DNA of 63,170 nucleotides, the filler included, from Polymyxa betae A26-41 (lineage: Eukaryota; Protista; Endomyxa: Phytomyxea), in the NCBI GenBank assembly GCA_003693705.1. It is 5 parts of 5 records of this genome, joined end to end, with 100 filler letters (N's around TTAATTAATTAA, not from the genome) between each part and the next. Parts side by side here need not be neighbours in the genome. Positions count along the whole stretch, not along the records: positions 13,299 to 29,480 come from RBZT01000745.1; positions 29,581 to 41,647 come from RBZT01000188.1; 3 more parts are not named here. One strand, 5' to 3'. Below, one piece after another: positions 22,627 through 34,024 of the stretch. How positions within the stretch are numbered: position 1 is the first letter of the stretch; each line of letters begins with the position of its first letter. Made by a program: the position numbers and the translations under genes. The notes beneath the pieces are model-generated. The model did not search any database and was not told the DNA's origin. It saw only the letters and a list, made by a program, of their open reading frames with translations.

Positions 22627-23854
22627 TCATCGTCTACGACGTTGTTTTTGCCTTTCACGAACCGCCATAGCCCTTTTCATCTCTTCACCGGCAGAAAGTT
22701 CGTGTTCTTCCTGGTCGCTCTCGCTTTCAGACTCCGAAGATTCTGAGCCTGATGAATACAACGCCGAATCCTTCATGACCGGCCTCGATCGCTTCTTCGT
22801 CGCATTCGCCTTTGCTACGACCATACGCTTCTTGAATTCAGCTTCCGTACGGCGCTTGGCTTCGGCTTGGCGCTGGTCCAGCTCGGCTCGGCGTAAGCGT
22901 TGGCGTTCAGCAGCACTGGCCGCGAGCGACGTGGTCGAGCTGACCCGGGCCGGGACCCAGCCTTCAGGCTTGCGATTCTTAAGCACCGTCTGCCATGCGT
23001 CGAGTTGGACCTTGCGCTTATCGACGTCTAGGAGGAGGTCACGAGCTTCTTGTAACAGGCAATAAGCCTGGATAGCGAGCGGTTCATGACCAATCTTCGA
23101 TCTGTCTGGATGGACATGAAGGACCTGAAGAAAGTATTATGACAACAGCAGCAGGATATTCAAACATCAATAAAGCAGATACATTGTATGAAGAGCCAGA
23201 AAAAAGAAAGCGAATAGAGTATGATAACAGCTTCATGAAAACCAGAATTGAGTGAAAAATCCTCAGTACAGTATCCTTGCACGTTAACGTACAAGAAACT
23301 TGAAGATTTTCGGGAAATTGAGTTTAGGATAAGCGAGTACCATGAAATGGTCGTGAGCAATCTAAAAAAGCAAAAGCCAAATCTAGCGAATTCGAAAACA
23401 GATACAAAATCCAAAACAGAAATTGTCATAGATCGTATTCCAGGTAGTGGAATCTCAGAGAAAAACGAAATTTAACTTTCGCAAACTCGACTGAAACTAA
23501 AACAGGCCCAGAAGATAGCTGTCGTTAAAACGGCAGATTGATCTTGGGATTGAAGAACGAAGAAGTGAAAAATGGTAGAGGAAATGCAAAACAGAAAAAT
23601 TGTATAGAAAGAATGTTGAGAGATGAGGCACAATACGAAAGAGATCTCACCCGTGAGCGAAATGCTTTGATAATGGCACGGTCGACGTTCTCTTCGTCGG
23701 GAAGCCAGGAGATCTTCCCCAGAGCGTTCAGGCTGGGCTCTGCAAGGCCGAGAATGACGATAGGGTTGTCAGTGGCCGCTACGATATCTTCTGCCACCTG
23801 GGTGTCGGTGTCTTTGGCCCCGATCTGATCTTCCTTCTGCCCATCGTTGCTCAT
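22627..23854 (-). CDS. J-domain (DnaJ class C-like) protein, about 233 aa, two exons
   Basis: Exons 23854-23651 and 23124-22627 joined in phase 0: NPIVILGL..IIKAFRSR|VLHVHPDRS..AIQAYCLLQEARDLLLDVDKRK; charged C-terminus. Confidence 0.85.
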
Positions 23855-24359
23855 TCTCTCTCTATAACCAAAAAAATGCGTCCGAGAAAAAAAGCGTCGA
23901 GTCACGCATAAATTGAATTCATTTTAAAACTGCGTCTCATTAGAGTGGCGCACATTTTGTTTCAAGCTGCAAAAGGCACACAAAACAGAACATAATAATA
24001 ATGCGTGCAGTCTCGCACAATTTTGACCCATGCTAAAATGCACACTAATAATAATGCGAACAGTCTCGCACATGGAGCCGGATTTCTCAATCATAAATTC
24101 ATAATGGCTTGCCACAGAAGGCCAACCTCTGCAAACTTCTAACCATCGATTTTTTTTGCTAATTTTGCTTGAACAGGAGCCACAATTTGATTAGAAGCTG
24201 TCCAAACAAAGCTAGCCGCAAGACAAAAAGTAGACACAGATGCTCAAACTTCATCAGCGTTCGGAGCTTCAGATTCAAGCGAGCTTCGTTATGAGAGAAA
24301 AAATGAAATAATATATATTGGATTCTCAGTAGTAAATCGCATGACGAAGAGATATAGTT

Positions 24360-24790
24360 CTAAGAGGTGAAAGCAACCACAACGAAGTCGCTCACTTCTA
24401 GTTCGTGCAGCCAAACATGATGAAATTGTTCGTCATTTGTCTCCAACGGGCTTGAGATAAACACGAAACTATTTCCTTTTAAATCATCGTTTAAAGCGTT
24501 CTCTGAGATGGTGATTTCGGTCTCTTTAACCTTGAAATAATTCTCCTGAAAACACTGGTTAAAGAACCTCAAAAAAGGAAGGTAAATTGAAAGTCGAACC
24601 TTGTAAAGAAAAACAGCAAGATATCGAAGAGTCAGCTTACATGTAAAGCGTTTGAAAGCAGGAAAGGGCGATTAGGCTTGTCTTGTTTATGCACAGCGGG
24701 CGGCAAAGTCTCATCGGCTGCGGCAAAGGCGGTAGCTATCAGCGAGAGAATGAGCAGAGCGAAACGAGCATGACGCGGCGGCATGGTCAT
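24360..24790 (-). CDS. Small multi-exon protein with signal peptide (3' structure unresolved)
   Basis: MTMPPRHARFALLILSLIATAFAAADE followed by donor GTAAGC at ~24640; downstream exon candidates in 24360-24572. Confidence 0.4.
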
Positions 24791-25277
24791 AGAAGCGATC
24801 CTTCGAGAGTGATCAAAAGACGATGTGACGAACGAACCCTTTGAAAATGTCTGCCACGGCACCCCCTGTGCAATGTTACCCTTGGTTTGCATGATATGGT
24901 AACATATATGAGCCATGCCGACATGAGATGCACGGGCTGTCCTCTTATTACAGCCAAGCCAATTCGGCATGACGCATTGAGTCATGACAGGTTAACTGTT
25001 AGAGCAGCCCTCTTCAGCGGAGCCCTGTCAAAGCTTCAGACGAGATCTTTATCTTATGTTTTTTTGCTCTCTTTACAGAGAGTTGTGTCGAAGTATTAAT
25101 ACATCGCAAATGCTTTTTGATTGAAATTTGAAAACTTTTCAAAGTAAGGATTCTCACCCTTTGTAATTTTTTTGCATTTTGTTTACGCGGATTAATTGGG
25201 TAGATCGATCCACTCATCAATTCCGATTCAGAGCTTCCTGGAACAATCATGTTACTGTATATTTTAAAGTTCATTAG

Positions 25278-27042
25278 ATGATATCCAACGTCGTGCCGGC
25301 CCCCAGGCACAGTATCCTGTCGTCACGATGGCTACTGATTCATGTAACGTTATCGCTGATCGGCCTGTGCGATGCAGCCCTGATCGTATGGCACTGCCTG
25401 GCAGAAACCGATCGTAACATCCATCCGAATTCAGTGTTGCAGCGGAGCTAACGTTACTGATTACAGTGGTTTACGTTCACCTCCTGAGTCTGGCCTTGGG
25501 CACCGTTTATCTATCCTGCATAGCTTACCACTGGACCGCTAACAGTGAGGGTCGGAAACGATACATAACGGTGGTCGATGCTTGCGTTACGGTGGCATCG
25601 ATGACGATTCTCGCATCGGGATACGGAAAATGGAGGCCGGTAACGTTAACCCTGCATGCGTTACGTGTAACGATTCGCCTGGCAATCGAGCTCGGGTTCC
25701 TGTTCGAATTCGTGATTCCTGCGCACATCCCCGATAAACAGTACAAGGAGGCCGCGCTCTTAGGCATCACTTATATCACTCCACGGTAACAGCTTTACGT
25801 TACACTGGCGACTGCATCAGCTAACGTGGTGGCAGAATTCTGATCATGTCCTATCCCGGATCGGTTGGCGGTGTTAGTGCGGACGATATTGCGGTAACGA
25901 ATCCGAAACGTTTCGAACGATGTTGTAACGTGGATTAGGCGTATCTGGACACGTTTCATTCCGGTGTCTATATGGTATATAATCTCTGTCATGGACGGAG
26001 ATATCCTCGGTCGATTTTCAGAGGCCGTGTTCATGATCATATCCGTATTCAGAGGGGAGCTGCGGCCTCCATCGAACAGATGATGGCCTTCTCGGAATCG
26101 GTTCAGTCATGGCTCACGACATCACCACGTAATGTCGTCGTTGTCCACAGGTACACCAAACCCTAGACCGTCCGAAAATTTTATCTTTCATTTCTCTGTC
26201 ATTATCCCGTTGGATGCAGAATCATTGTAACTGTCAAAAATTGTTTTCAAGATTTGTGTAGAAGTGGAAGTGTTTTTTTGGCTGTGGACCTTACGTTTTG
26301 TCGCAAAATTTGTGAAAGAGAGGATTCTCCCTTTGATGATTTTTGAGAGAATTGTTTGCGGAAATTTTGCAATTTTTTCAAAAAAATTGTAAACTATAGC
26401 TGCATAGACTCAATAATGTTTCGAATTCCAAGTTTCCGGGGGGTTGAACTTGCCATTGATGCGATATCTGAATCTGCAATCTGTAGTGTCCATAGCACGG
26501 GTCGTACTGGCCAGATGGTCGCGGCCTGGATGCTCTATAAGCATCGTCACGCCACGGCTGCCGACGCTGAACGCCTGTACTGCACGAAACGCAGCATGCC
26601 GACGCTGGATATCCCGTCGCAATCGCGCTTCTTACGTTACTTTGAAACGTTACTTCGTCACCCATCCCTGCTAACGTTACATACGCCTAGCATCATCCTA
26701 CACCGCATCCGCATCTCATCAACTGGCTACGCAAAGGCCGCAGTTTTATGTCACCCTGCGACGCCGCATCTTGCGGAAGCGATCGTACAGGCCGCGTCGA
26801 GTGAGTTCGAATTCGGCGTCGCTGTTACAGGATTCTTCACAATCAGCCTGATGAGCGCCGATGGCAGTGCCGTGCTCTCGGCGTCGTTTGATGTGCGATT
26901 CATGGATAAGAAACGTCTGCTGATAATACCGTCCACGGACTTGGATGGGTTTCAAGAGTCGAGCATGCCGATGTTCGAGGTCCAGATCGAATACGAGACC
27001 AGTACGACCTCACCGAAACATTCAAAACAATCACATGTGTAA
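25278..27042 (+). CDS. Voltage-sensing-phosphatase/TPTE-like protein (4 TM + PTEN-like domain + C2), catalytic Cys replaced by Ser
   Basis: Exons 25278-25413, 25467-25785, 25836-25893, 25939-26150, 26487-27042. Hydrophobic S1-S4-like segments (VVDACVTVASM; WRPVTLTLHALRVTIRL), then GITYITPRILIMSYP, YLDTFHSGVYMVYNLC, WLTTSPRNVVVVHSVHSTGRTGQMVAAWM, IPSQSRFLRYF and a C2-like tail. Confidence 0.85.
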
Positions 27043-27131
27043 GGCGTAACGGAAAGTCTATTAAACTTTGCTGCGAAAGGCGTTCATTCTTTCTAATTGC
27101 AAAAGCAAAAAAATGCGGCGAGTGAATACTA

Positions 27132-27148
27132 TTAGGGTTTAGGGTTTA
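27132..27148 (+). repeat. Telomere-like tract 3' of the VSP-like gene
   Basis: TTAGGGTTTAGGGTTTA. Confidence 0.8.
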
Positions 27149-27675
27149 TCATGGTATTATAGAACGATAACACTCACAGGAGTTTGGCAGCATAAACTGC
27201 TGTATCATTACTACCAGCCAAATAAACTGCCCAGCAAGTCCGTTAAGGCCCATATCTAGCCTGACTACAAATTCCAGTGCTGAGAGGCGATCTATTGGGA
27301 AGGCTCCGCCCATGGTAGTATGAAATGTGTCAAGAGCTGATTGGAGGCGTTGCTCGCGTAATCATCTAAAGCCGGCGTCTGTGCTGCCCCGTCACGTTTG
27401 ATCGGCTGAAAGAACCCCGATTATCAGCTCCAGAATGGAGCAGGCTGTTCAGCGATGATCTCTTCGTACCATCGCAGGATTCTTATTCATCAATTGGAGG
27501 GGAGATGGAGATTTTGCCAGTTTAATGAACCAAAGCCTTCATCACCCGCGATCGTCGTCGCAGGCGTCGATACGGCGAAGGGCGTCTTCACCATCAGCCG
27601 CCCGTGAAGGGCGATCGCGGCCTTTCCGCAATCAGGTCACGGACTTTCGTTCTCCAATGGCATTCTGATCTTGCG

Positions 27676-28605
27676 ATGGCCTTCCTATACTTCCTGCTGT
27701 CCTTCGTCTTCTCGCTGTTATTCCGCAAGGCCGCCGCTGATGACGCCGCTGATGACGAAGAGTGCAATTGTGTGGTGCTGCTCTGCAGTGATTGCATCTG
27801 CAGGCCAATGTCATGGATCTGCCGATCCTGGAAACGCTTCATCTCGTTGCTCGTCGTCTTCATATCCCTGACACTGTTCTTCACCGTCGGAATGCGAGCC
27901 ATCATGCACAACGTCTTCGACAATCGTCACTGCTCGTACTACCTCTCGCACGTCCCGAACGGCGGCTCGTTGGCCGAGTTCAAAGCGACGCGCGAAGTCT
28001 GGACCAGCTTGACCGGGACCCTGTCGATCGAGGACCAATCCGGACATCGCGTGCAGTCGTTCAACCCCGGAGTCGTCTCCAGCACCAAGATCAAGACGTA
28101 CTCGCCCAACGGAACCGACACCGAGATCGGGAGGATCCCGTTGGGTCTGCAGACGTTCACGATGCCGTACTGGTACAAGATCCAGTACGACAATGCGACG
28201 CTTGGGACGTTTCAAGTGGCGGCGTTGGCGGACTGGGCGGTTACGATACAGGCCGGGAACAAAACGTACGCGATCAGTTATGACTCGGTGAAGAATTTCT
28301 TCTTGAAGTTTCACAAGTACCCGATTAAGAGTAATGGAGCTGATATTGGCATCATTATAGAGAATTTGATGAGCGTTCAGCCCACTTATAGGGCATGTTT
28401 GTATAAGAATGGAAATGGGGATGAAGATGAGATCAGACAGCAGGTTCTCTTCGCTTTTGTCAATGCAATCAATCAGATTGAATATAATGATTGGGTGGCT
28501 GCAAGTGCTGCGAGCAGCTCTTCCAATAGTGATTCGAAGAGTAAGGGCAAGAACAAGCCAAAGAGTAAGAAGAAGCCAAAGTCAAAACGTCATCGGTTTT
28601 TTTAA
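27676..28605 (+). CDS. Membrane-anchored protein with possible LURP-one/scramblase (Tubby-C-like) domain and Lys-rich tail
   Basis: Long intact ORF; two N-terminal hydrophobic segments flanking a Cys cluster; beta-rich region ending in the hydrophobic helix QVLFAFVNAINQI. The fold call is tentative. Confidence 0.65.
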   Translation: MAFLYFLLSFVFSLLFRKAAADDAADDEECNCVVLLCSDCICRPMSWICRSWKRFISLLVVFISLTLFFTVGMRAIMHNVFDNRHCSYYLSHVPNGGSLAEFKATREVWTSLTGTLSIEDQSGHRVQSFNPGVVSSTKIKTYSPNGTDTEIGRIPLGLQTFTMPYWYKIQYDNATLGTFQVAALADWAVTIQAGNKTYAISYDSVKNFFLKFHKYPIKSNGADIGIIIENLMSVQPTYRACLYKNGNGDEDEIRQQVLFAFVNAINQIEYNDWVAASAASSSSNSDSKSKGKNKPKSKKKPKSKRHRFF

Positions 28606-29289
28606 TAAAGTCCGATCCTTTACCTAACTATATATTGTGGAAATCTGGTTGAAAGATTATCTACAGCCATACTGTATCGTTAATGGTGAAGCTCAGCGAT
28701 TCCGCACACCCCGTTTTGTGTTACCACGATCATGTTATGTTTTATAACATTTGAGCCATAATCACCGAGATTGTCACTCTTCTCGCTTCACAACAGAATC
28801 GACCCCTATCAGATGGCGATGACCAGCTCAAAGCCATTTGGTAACAAAACCATCGCGCACAAATTGTGAGGACACGAAAAAGTTTCGCAACTTCGAAGTC
28901 CAAGGAATCCGACTTCATTCGCCAGAAATTTGGTCGGGCCAGAGATTGTCTTCCTGATACTGAACCTATCGGAGTGCTTGGCAACATTCACTTCTGGGCT
29001 CAGTAATGTTACAGACTATCTGGATGAGACGCATGTTACAGTCTCTCCTCTTGACCTCCACGTTACAGACACCACAGTCTGTTTGATCTGTTAGACACAA
29101 GATCTATCTCTTAAATATGCATTATAGGAACCCATTATATATAATTCCTATTCTATTCAAGATTACTCAGATCTTCACGATTTCAAAAATCTCTTTGATT
29201 GCTCATTTGAATCTAATCTGGATGTAGATTTTAATGTATGAAATGATTATATAACTGTGATGATATGGAACTAACGTTTTAGTCAGATA

Positions 29290-29480
29290 TGTTGGAGCGA
29301 CCCGCACAGTCTAGGAAGCTTCCAAGGTTGGTGTTTCCACGGTAGCGATTATGTCTAAGAACCTTCCACGCACTTTCTAAGTCCGTCGGAAGAACCCTCG
29401 TATTTAACCCCAATAACATAGAGAATAAAGATAATATAGACAACAACAAGTGTTTATCCCAATAGGTTATGGGCCCAGCC
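29290..29480 (+). mobile_element. 5' LTR (175 bp) and primer-binding site of a Ty1/copia element, cut by the contig end
   Basis: TGTTGG (29290) to CCAATA (29464), internal TATTTAA and AATAAA, immediately followed by GGTTATGGGCCCAG, the copia-type PBS complementary to the anticodon arm of initiator tRNA-Met. Confidence 0.85.
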
Positions 29481-29580
29481 NNNNNNNNNNNNNNNNNNNN
29501 NNNNNNNNNNNNNNNNNNNNNNNNTTAATTAATTAANNNNNNNNNNNNNNNNNNNNNNNNNNNNNNNNNNNNNNNNNNNN
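29481..29580. other. Artificial contig linker
   Basis: N44-TTAATTAATTAA-N44. Confidence 0.97.
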
Positions 29581-30109
29581 AAGCGAGAACCCATCTCGGC
29601 AAATGTTTTTACCAGAAGCAGCGATACAGTCCAGGTTTCAGCATCTTTGAGTGAAAGCCACCGCTGTATAAATTCTGGGTTGCTGCGAAAGTCCGAAGTC
29701 CGGCGTTCGGGTGCCGAACTGACCCTAGCGTTTGCCGAAGACCAAACAGGTTGCGATATGACCGGGGACCACATCACATGTGCGATCTCTCCGATGAGGT
29801 TATGCTGCCATGAAATCCGTAAATCTGTACGCGACCGCGACTGGAATTTCTCCGGTCGCTGCCAGTGATGGCTGATTGTCTTGCTTTCGAAAAATCGTGA
29901 AAGTTTCTTTGATGGCGGATCGACGTCAGACCATTGCTGATCAATAACCCGTATAACGTTTCGCCTGAGCTGTCAGAGGTCCCTTATCGTAGATTCTCTA
30001 TTACATCTCCGAATAATCTATCGACAATAAGCAGCAGTTCCGTCAATGGATATTTATTGAGGATGATGACAGAATCCACAGCTCAATCATTTGTCAGCAG
30101 ATTGGGTCG

Positions 30110-31117
30110 TCAAGCCCAACGTTTTGCCAGGACACAGCTCTCATATAATGCGATAAAACATCGATAATCTCGTGACGGATACTCCGGTGATACTGGCGCC
30201 AGCAGGGCGTACACGTCCATGAAGCTGTCCATCGACAAATCGATACACCATAGATACTGGAAATCGAATCGAATGCCGTGACGCAGCAGAGCCTGAAGGA
30301 CCTGCGGATCCCGGAGCGCCTCTCGCAGCACGAGGACTTCGTCGTCGGCGGTGACGGCGGCCTCCAGCTGGTCGTGAACGACGTCCAGTAGGCCGCTGGC
30401 GACCACGTGGTTGCGCGGGAAAACGGCATCGAAAGGGGGCGGGTACCGCTGGCGAACCGCCTCGATCTTCGGATCCTCGGGATGCGGAGCGAGTCGAAGC
30501 TGCGTGTCCAGCAACGCCTGGATCTGGTCCAGTACGACCTGCGGGACACCAACGGGGCGGTCGCCCAGGTTCAGGTCCGTCAGTAAGAAGGTAACTTCGT
30601 GGGCCTTCTCGGTCGGCATTCCGAATCCGGAGACGACACCGACGAACACGTCGCGATCGACGTTGCGGATGAGGATGTTGAGGAGGCGGGCGATCTCCGT
30701 CTCATTAAGGCTGCTGTTCAGCAGGCGATCGTATAGGCCCAGGGCGGCCTGCGGTGTCAGGATCTGCGAATGTAGGACGCGGACTAATGGGTCCTGAGAG
30801 ATGATAGAGGCGGCCCATTCATCGATACGCGCAGGTAGGTCGAGGTCCGTGACGGTGTGGGGGGCCTGTAACAGACGCCGGACGTTCATAGCGCCGGCTG
30901 TGTCATGTTTCAAGCCACGACACGACCCATACAGTGAGGCGAACGAGGCCGCGCCCGTAAGGCGTAGGAAGATGCTTTCACGGAGACTGGTCGGCAGATC
31001 GCCGAGCCGATCGCGCTCTGTGTTGAGGTCAGTCGGCAGGGTCGCCCCACAGAGCGTCAGTACGGCGACACAGAGAGCAGCGGCCATGGTCCGTGAAGCG
31101 AATCTTTGGAATAACAT
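30110..31117 (-). CDS. Putative secreted F-box-like protein, paralog of 5194-6477 lacking the ankyrin tail
   Basis: MAAALCVAVLTLCGA signal peptide (ATG 31087); LGDLPTSLRESIFLRL; ALRDPQVLQALLRHGIRFDFQY versus LLRQPAVLAALVRIGVRFEYQT in the paralog. Confidence 0.75.
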   Translation of the reverse strand: MLFQRFASRTMAAALCVAVLTLCGATLPTDLNTERDRLGDLPTSLRESIFLRLTGAASFASLYGSCRGLKHDTAGAMNVRRLLQAPHTVTDLDLPARIDEWAASIISQDPLVRVLHSQILTPQAALGLYDRLLNSSLNETEIARLLNILIRNVDRDVFVGVVSGFGMPTEKAHEVTFLLTDLNLGDRPVGVPQVVLDQIQALLDTQLRLAPHPEDPKIEAVRQRYPPPFDAVFPRNHVVASGLLDVVHDQLEAAVTADDEVLVLREALRDPQVLQALLRHGIRFDFQYLWCIDLSMDSFMDVYALLAPVSPEYPSRDYRCFIALYESCVLAKRWA

Positions 31118-32418
31118 GATCTAATGCGTGAACTTGGTGTAGAATCTGATCAACCAGTCAGATTAATCCGCCTCGGCAAAACTGGAAGGTTCGTGAGCGA
31201 CCTCTTCGGAATGTTTATTGAATTGACAATGGTCTAGACTTCGCGCGGTTTGATTGGATGTGGATTGGATCTGAATAGGCCGTTGATTCTCCTCAAGTTT
31301 GCCAAGGCTGTGCTGTTACCTAAACCGATGGTTTAAAGGACAGATTTGGACAGTTTAGGTGCTGTCACTATTCAGATTCGCCTCTTATCGGTGTGTTTTT
31401 GACGCTAATTATTTCCAAAGTTCGTCAAACTTTGACGAAATATTGGAGACTTTGTTGATTGCTGATTCCGAAACGCTGATCGCGAGAGCTAAGGCCTCCT
31501 ATGATGAGTTCTTTCAATTGGGAGATTTTGGTATGTAATTTGTCTAAGCAATGAGTGATATCTTTCTGTCAAATATTTGCCAATTGAGGGTTGACGATCC
31601 GGTCTTCATGTTACTTAGTCACTTTCTGGTGTGTTGTTTTGGCTGAATTCACATTCTGAACAATCCATGATATCAACGATAACAAAGTGGATGTTTTCGT
31701 ATCAAGAGGCTTTTACCCCCAGCCAAGGAGGAATGTGATGCAGTATCCGGTGATTGTGGCGTTGAGGTTGAATGCGGCGTACTGGATTATATAGGGTCCC
31801 ATAGCTCAGAAATATCATTGACAACGATATCCTCTACAAGATGTCAACTTCACCATATTACAGTTAAGAAACAGGCAGGACATTTATTGTTTATATTCAA
31901 CTTAAAGGAAGCGTTCATGAGACGACAATAAGGCTGGAAGACGAATGGAGAAGATTGTTAATGTGGATTGGATGTGTATCATAGAGAGCCGGTTCATACA
32001 TTAATTTGTTATTGACGATTTTCTGGCAGCCAGCTCGTACTGCTATATCCTGGAGGACGACAGAGGAGAGATTATCAAAGCCTAGTATGAGCTTACTCGG
32101 ATTCTACATCAATGTTAGGTGCTGTAATGAAGGCATTCAAAGTCTCAGATAAGTTTCGTACCAGGAGGACAATCGCAGGTAGAAGAATTGCAAGGAAGTG
32201 CCATTTTAGGTGCTCAGCCTGTCAAACATGCGCCGGTCTTCGGCTTGATCGGAGTCCGATCTATATATAGCTTGTCCAAAATCCGAGATCATCGGCCGAT
32301 GCGGTCTTGAGCTTCCCAAGGATAACAGTAGTAGGTAAGCGATCTCGTAGATAGAAACCTGCTGTAGAACAGAGTCAAAGTAAGCAATCGTTTACTGATG
32401 AAATAGTCTTGTTAGGGT

Positions 32419-34024
32419 TTACTCCAACTGAAGGGGACGTTTTCCCTTATCACTGGCAGTGAACGTCTTAAATCCGCACTGTTCACTGTTGGCTTTGTGC
32501 CTCGAACAAAGCGTCTCAAACTGACTATGCTGAAACGGATTTCCCCATTGAGATTGTAATCTCCGAAGATCATTGTCACAGCATTTTGTAACACATGACA
32601 GTACTGGACAACAGACTCGCGCCAGCCAATGATAACACCCTTCACGTTTCAGGTTCAAATTCGGGTCGGCAATCTTGGCCCGATTTAATTTCAGACATAA
32701 ATTGGCCACCAAGATCAGCTTATGCAGCGTCGTCTTGGCGGTCGATATAACCCAGGTTTCGGTCAAGATCATCTGACCATCGAGAACCTTGATAACGACG
32801 GGATTTCGTTCATTGATTCTGTTGGCATTTGTTGGGACGAACAAGGTGGTGTCAGAAAGAAACGCGCCTTCGGCATCATCAGGCCGCTTTTTCTGAATAG
32901 TTTCAAGATGAGATTCCGCATTCAATATGGATAAAAACTCACCAGAAAAGCGCACAGAGTATTGTAGTCTGTGACCTCTTTGATATCAAAATCAAACAAT
33001 TTCTGAAGCCCAAATAAAAAGGTCGAAAATTGAAGATCGGTTCGTGGAGAATAGAATCTCATTCGTTTTAAGGGCGGATTTGTGTCGCTCCGAAGAGCAG
33101 GACGAATGATAAAGCTTTCTCGGACCTGATTCATAGACTGATCGGCGAACGGCAGTTTGTATGGGCATCGATCTCGAGAGCACAGCGAACGGATGTTGGC
33201 AGACGAGAAGGGATTCCCCCATCGGGTCTGAAACATTCGCAGATCTTTCTGGCAGCATTCCATGACACATCGTAATACAGGACGACACACGCTATACAGG
33301 ATATGCTGCAGCTTGCAGCCACCCAAATAGATAAGCCATTTGTACGTCCGGGAAGCCCAGATCAATTTCCGATACAGATTCGCGATCAGAATCAGCTTTT
33401 GTAATGTGCTCGGAGCATAACGGATTTGGTGGATTTCGCTCACATCCAGATCATGGCCTTTCACATTGATAACAAAAGGACTTTTGGTGGAGCATTGAGC
33501 TGCATCAACATCGGAAGGAGACAGAAAATGAAATTCTTCATCATTCGGCACTTTGATCTAAGGTACAGTTAAAATACAGACGGACAGAAGGGCTGCTGAA
33601 AATTCACCATAAATTTGCAGAGACTGTTATAGTCGGTGATATCGGTCACGCCGTGATCGAAGGAGTACAGAAGGTCGGTTGCCGATGATGTCTTGTCAGA
33701 GCGAGGGCGCTTCCGGGAGCGATTCTCGACTGGTTCAACATTCTGATTATGAAAACTTCAGAAGACTTGTTAAGGAGGCGTTACATTCATAGATTCGTGA
33801 ATAGGAGGAAACGCCGGAACAGAATCTGTATGGTGTAATAAAGATGCTGATGTTGATAGCGTTCCAGTATTAACTAGAGATGTGGCTTCATTCTGGCACA
33901 GAAATCTTACTTCGGTGTCCGCAGCCTCGTGATCGGAAGGATAGATGCTAACATTAAGGTCCGGGATAGAAACACAAGAGACATGAGCAAATATGGTCAG
34001 GAAGACAATTGCTGGGAAAAGCAT
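32419..34024 (-). CDS. Putative secreted protein (about 487 aa) with two tandem modules ending in the Cys-rich repeat domain; NLS-like motifs
   Basis: Exons 34024-33785, 33742-33608, 33557-32943, 32892-32419, all phase 0; MLFPAIVFLTIFAHVSC; RSRKRPR; modules TDYNSLCKFM|..CRPVLRCVMECCQKDLRMFQTRWGNPF and TDYNTLCAFL|..CCPVLSCVTKCCDNDLRRLQSQWGNPF with an intron at the same position in each. Confidence 0.8.

Noticed and set aside
22337-23065. 242-aa plus-strand ORF and similar long ORFs (12049, 27811, 30411, 40969, 43701)
   Set aside because: Antisense shadows of real GC-rich or repetitive genes on the other strand.
31150-32400. Exon-like fragments here and at 1-1900, 6500-7140, 16250-17900, 34240-35780, 37300-39000 and 41750-43100
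   Set aside because: No consistent gene model or recognisable domain could be built by eye.
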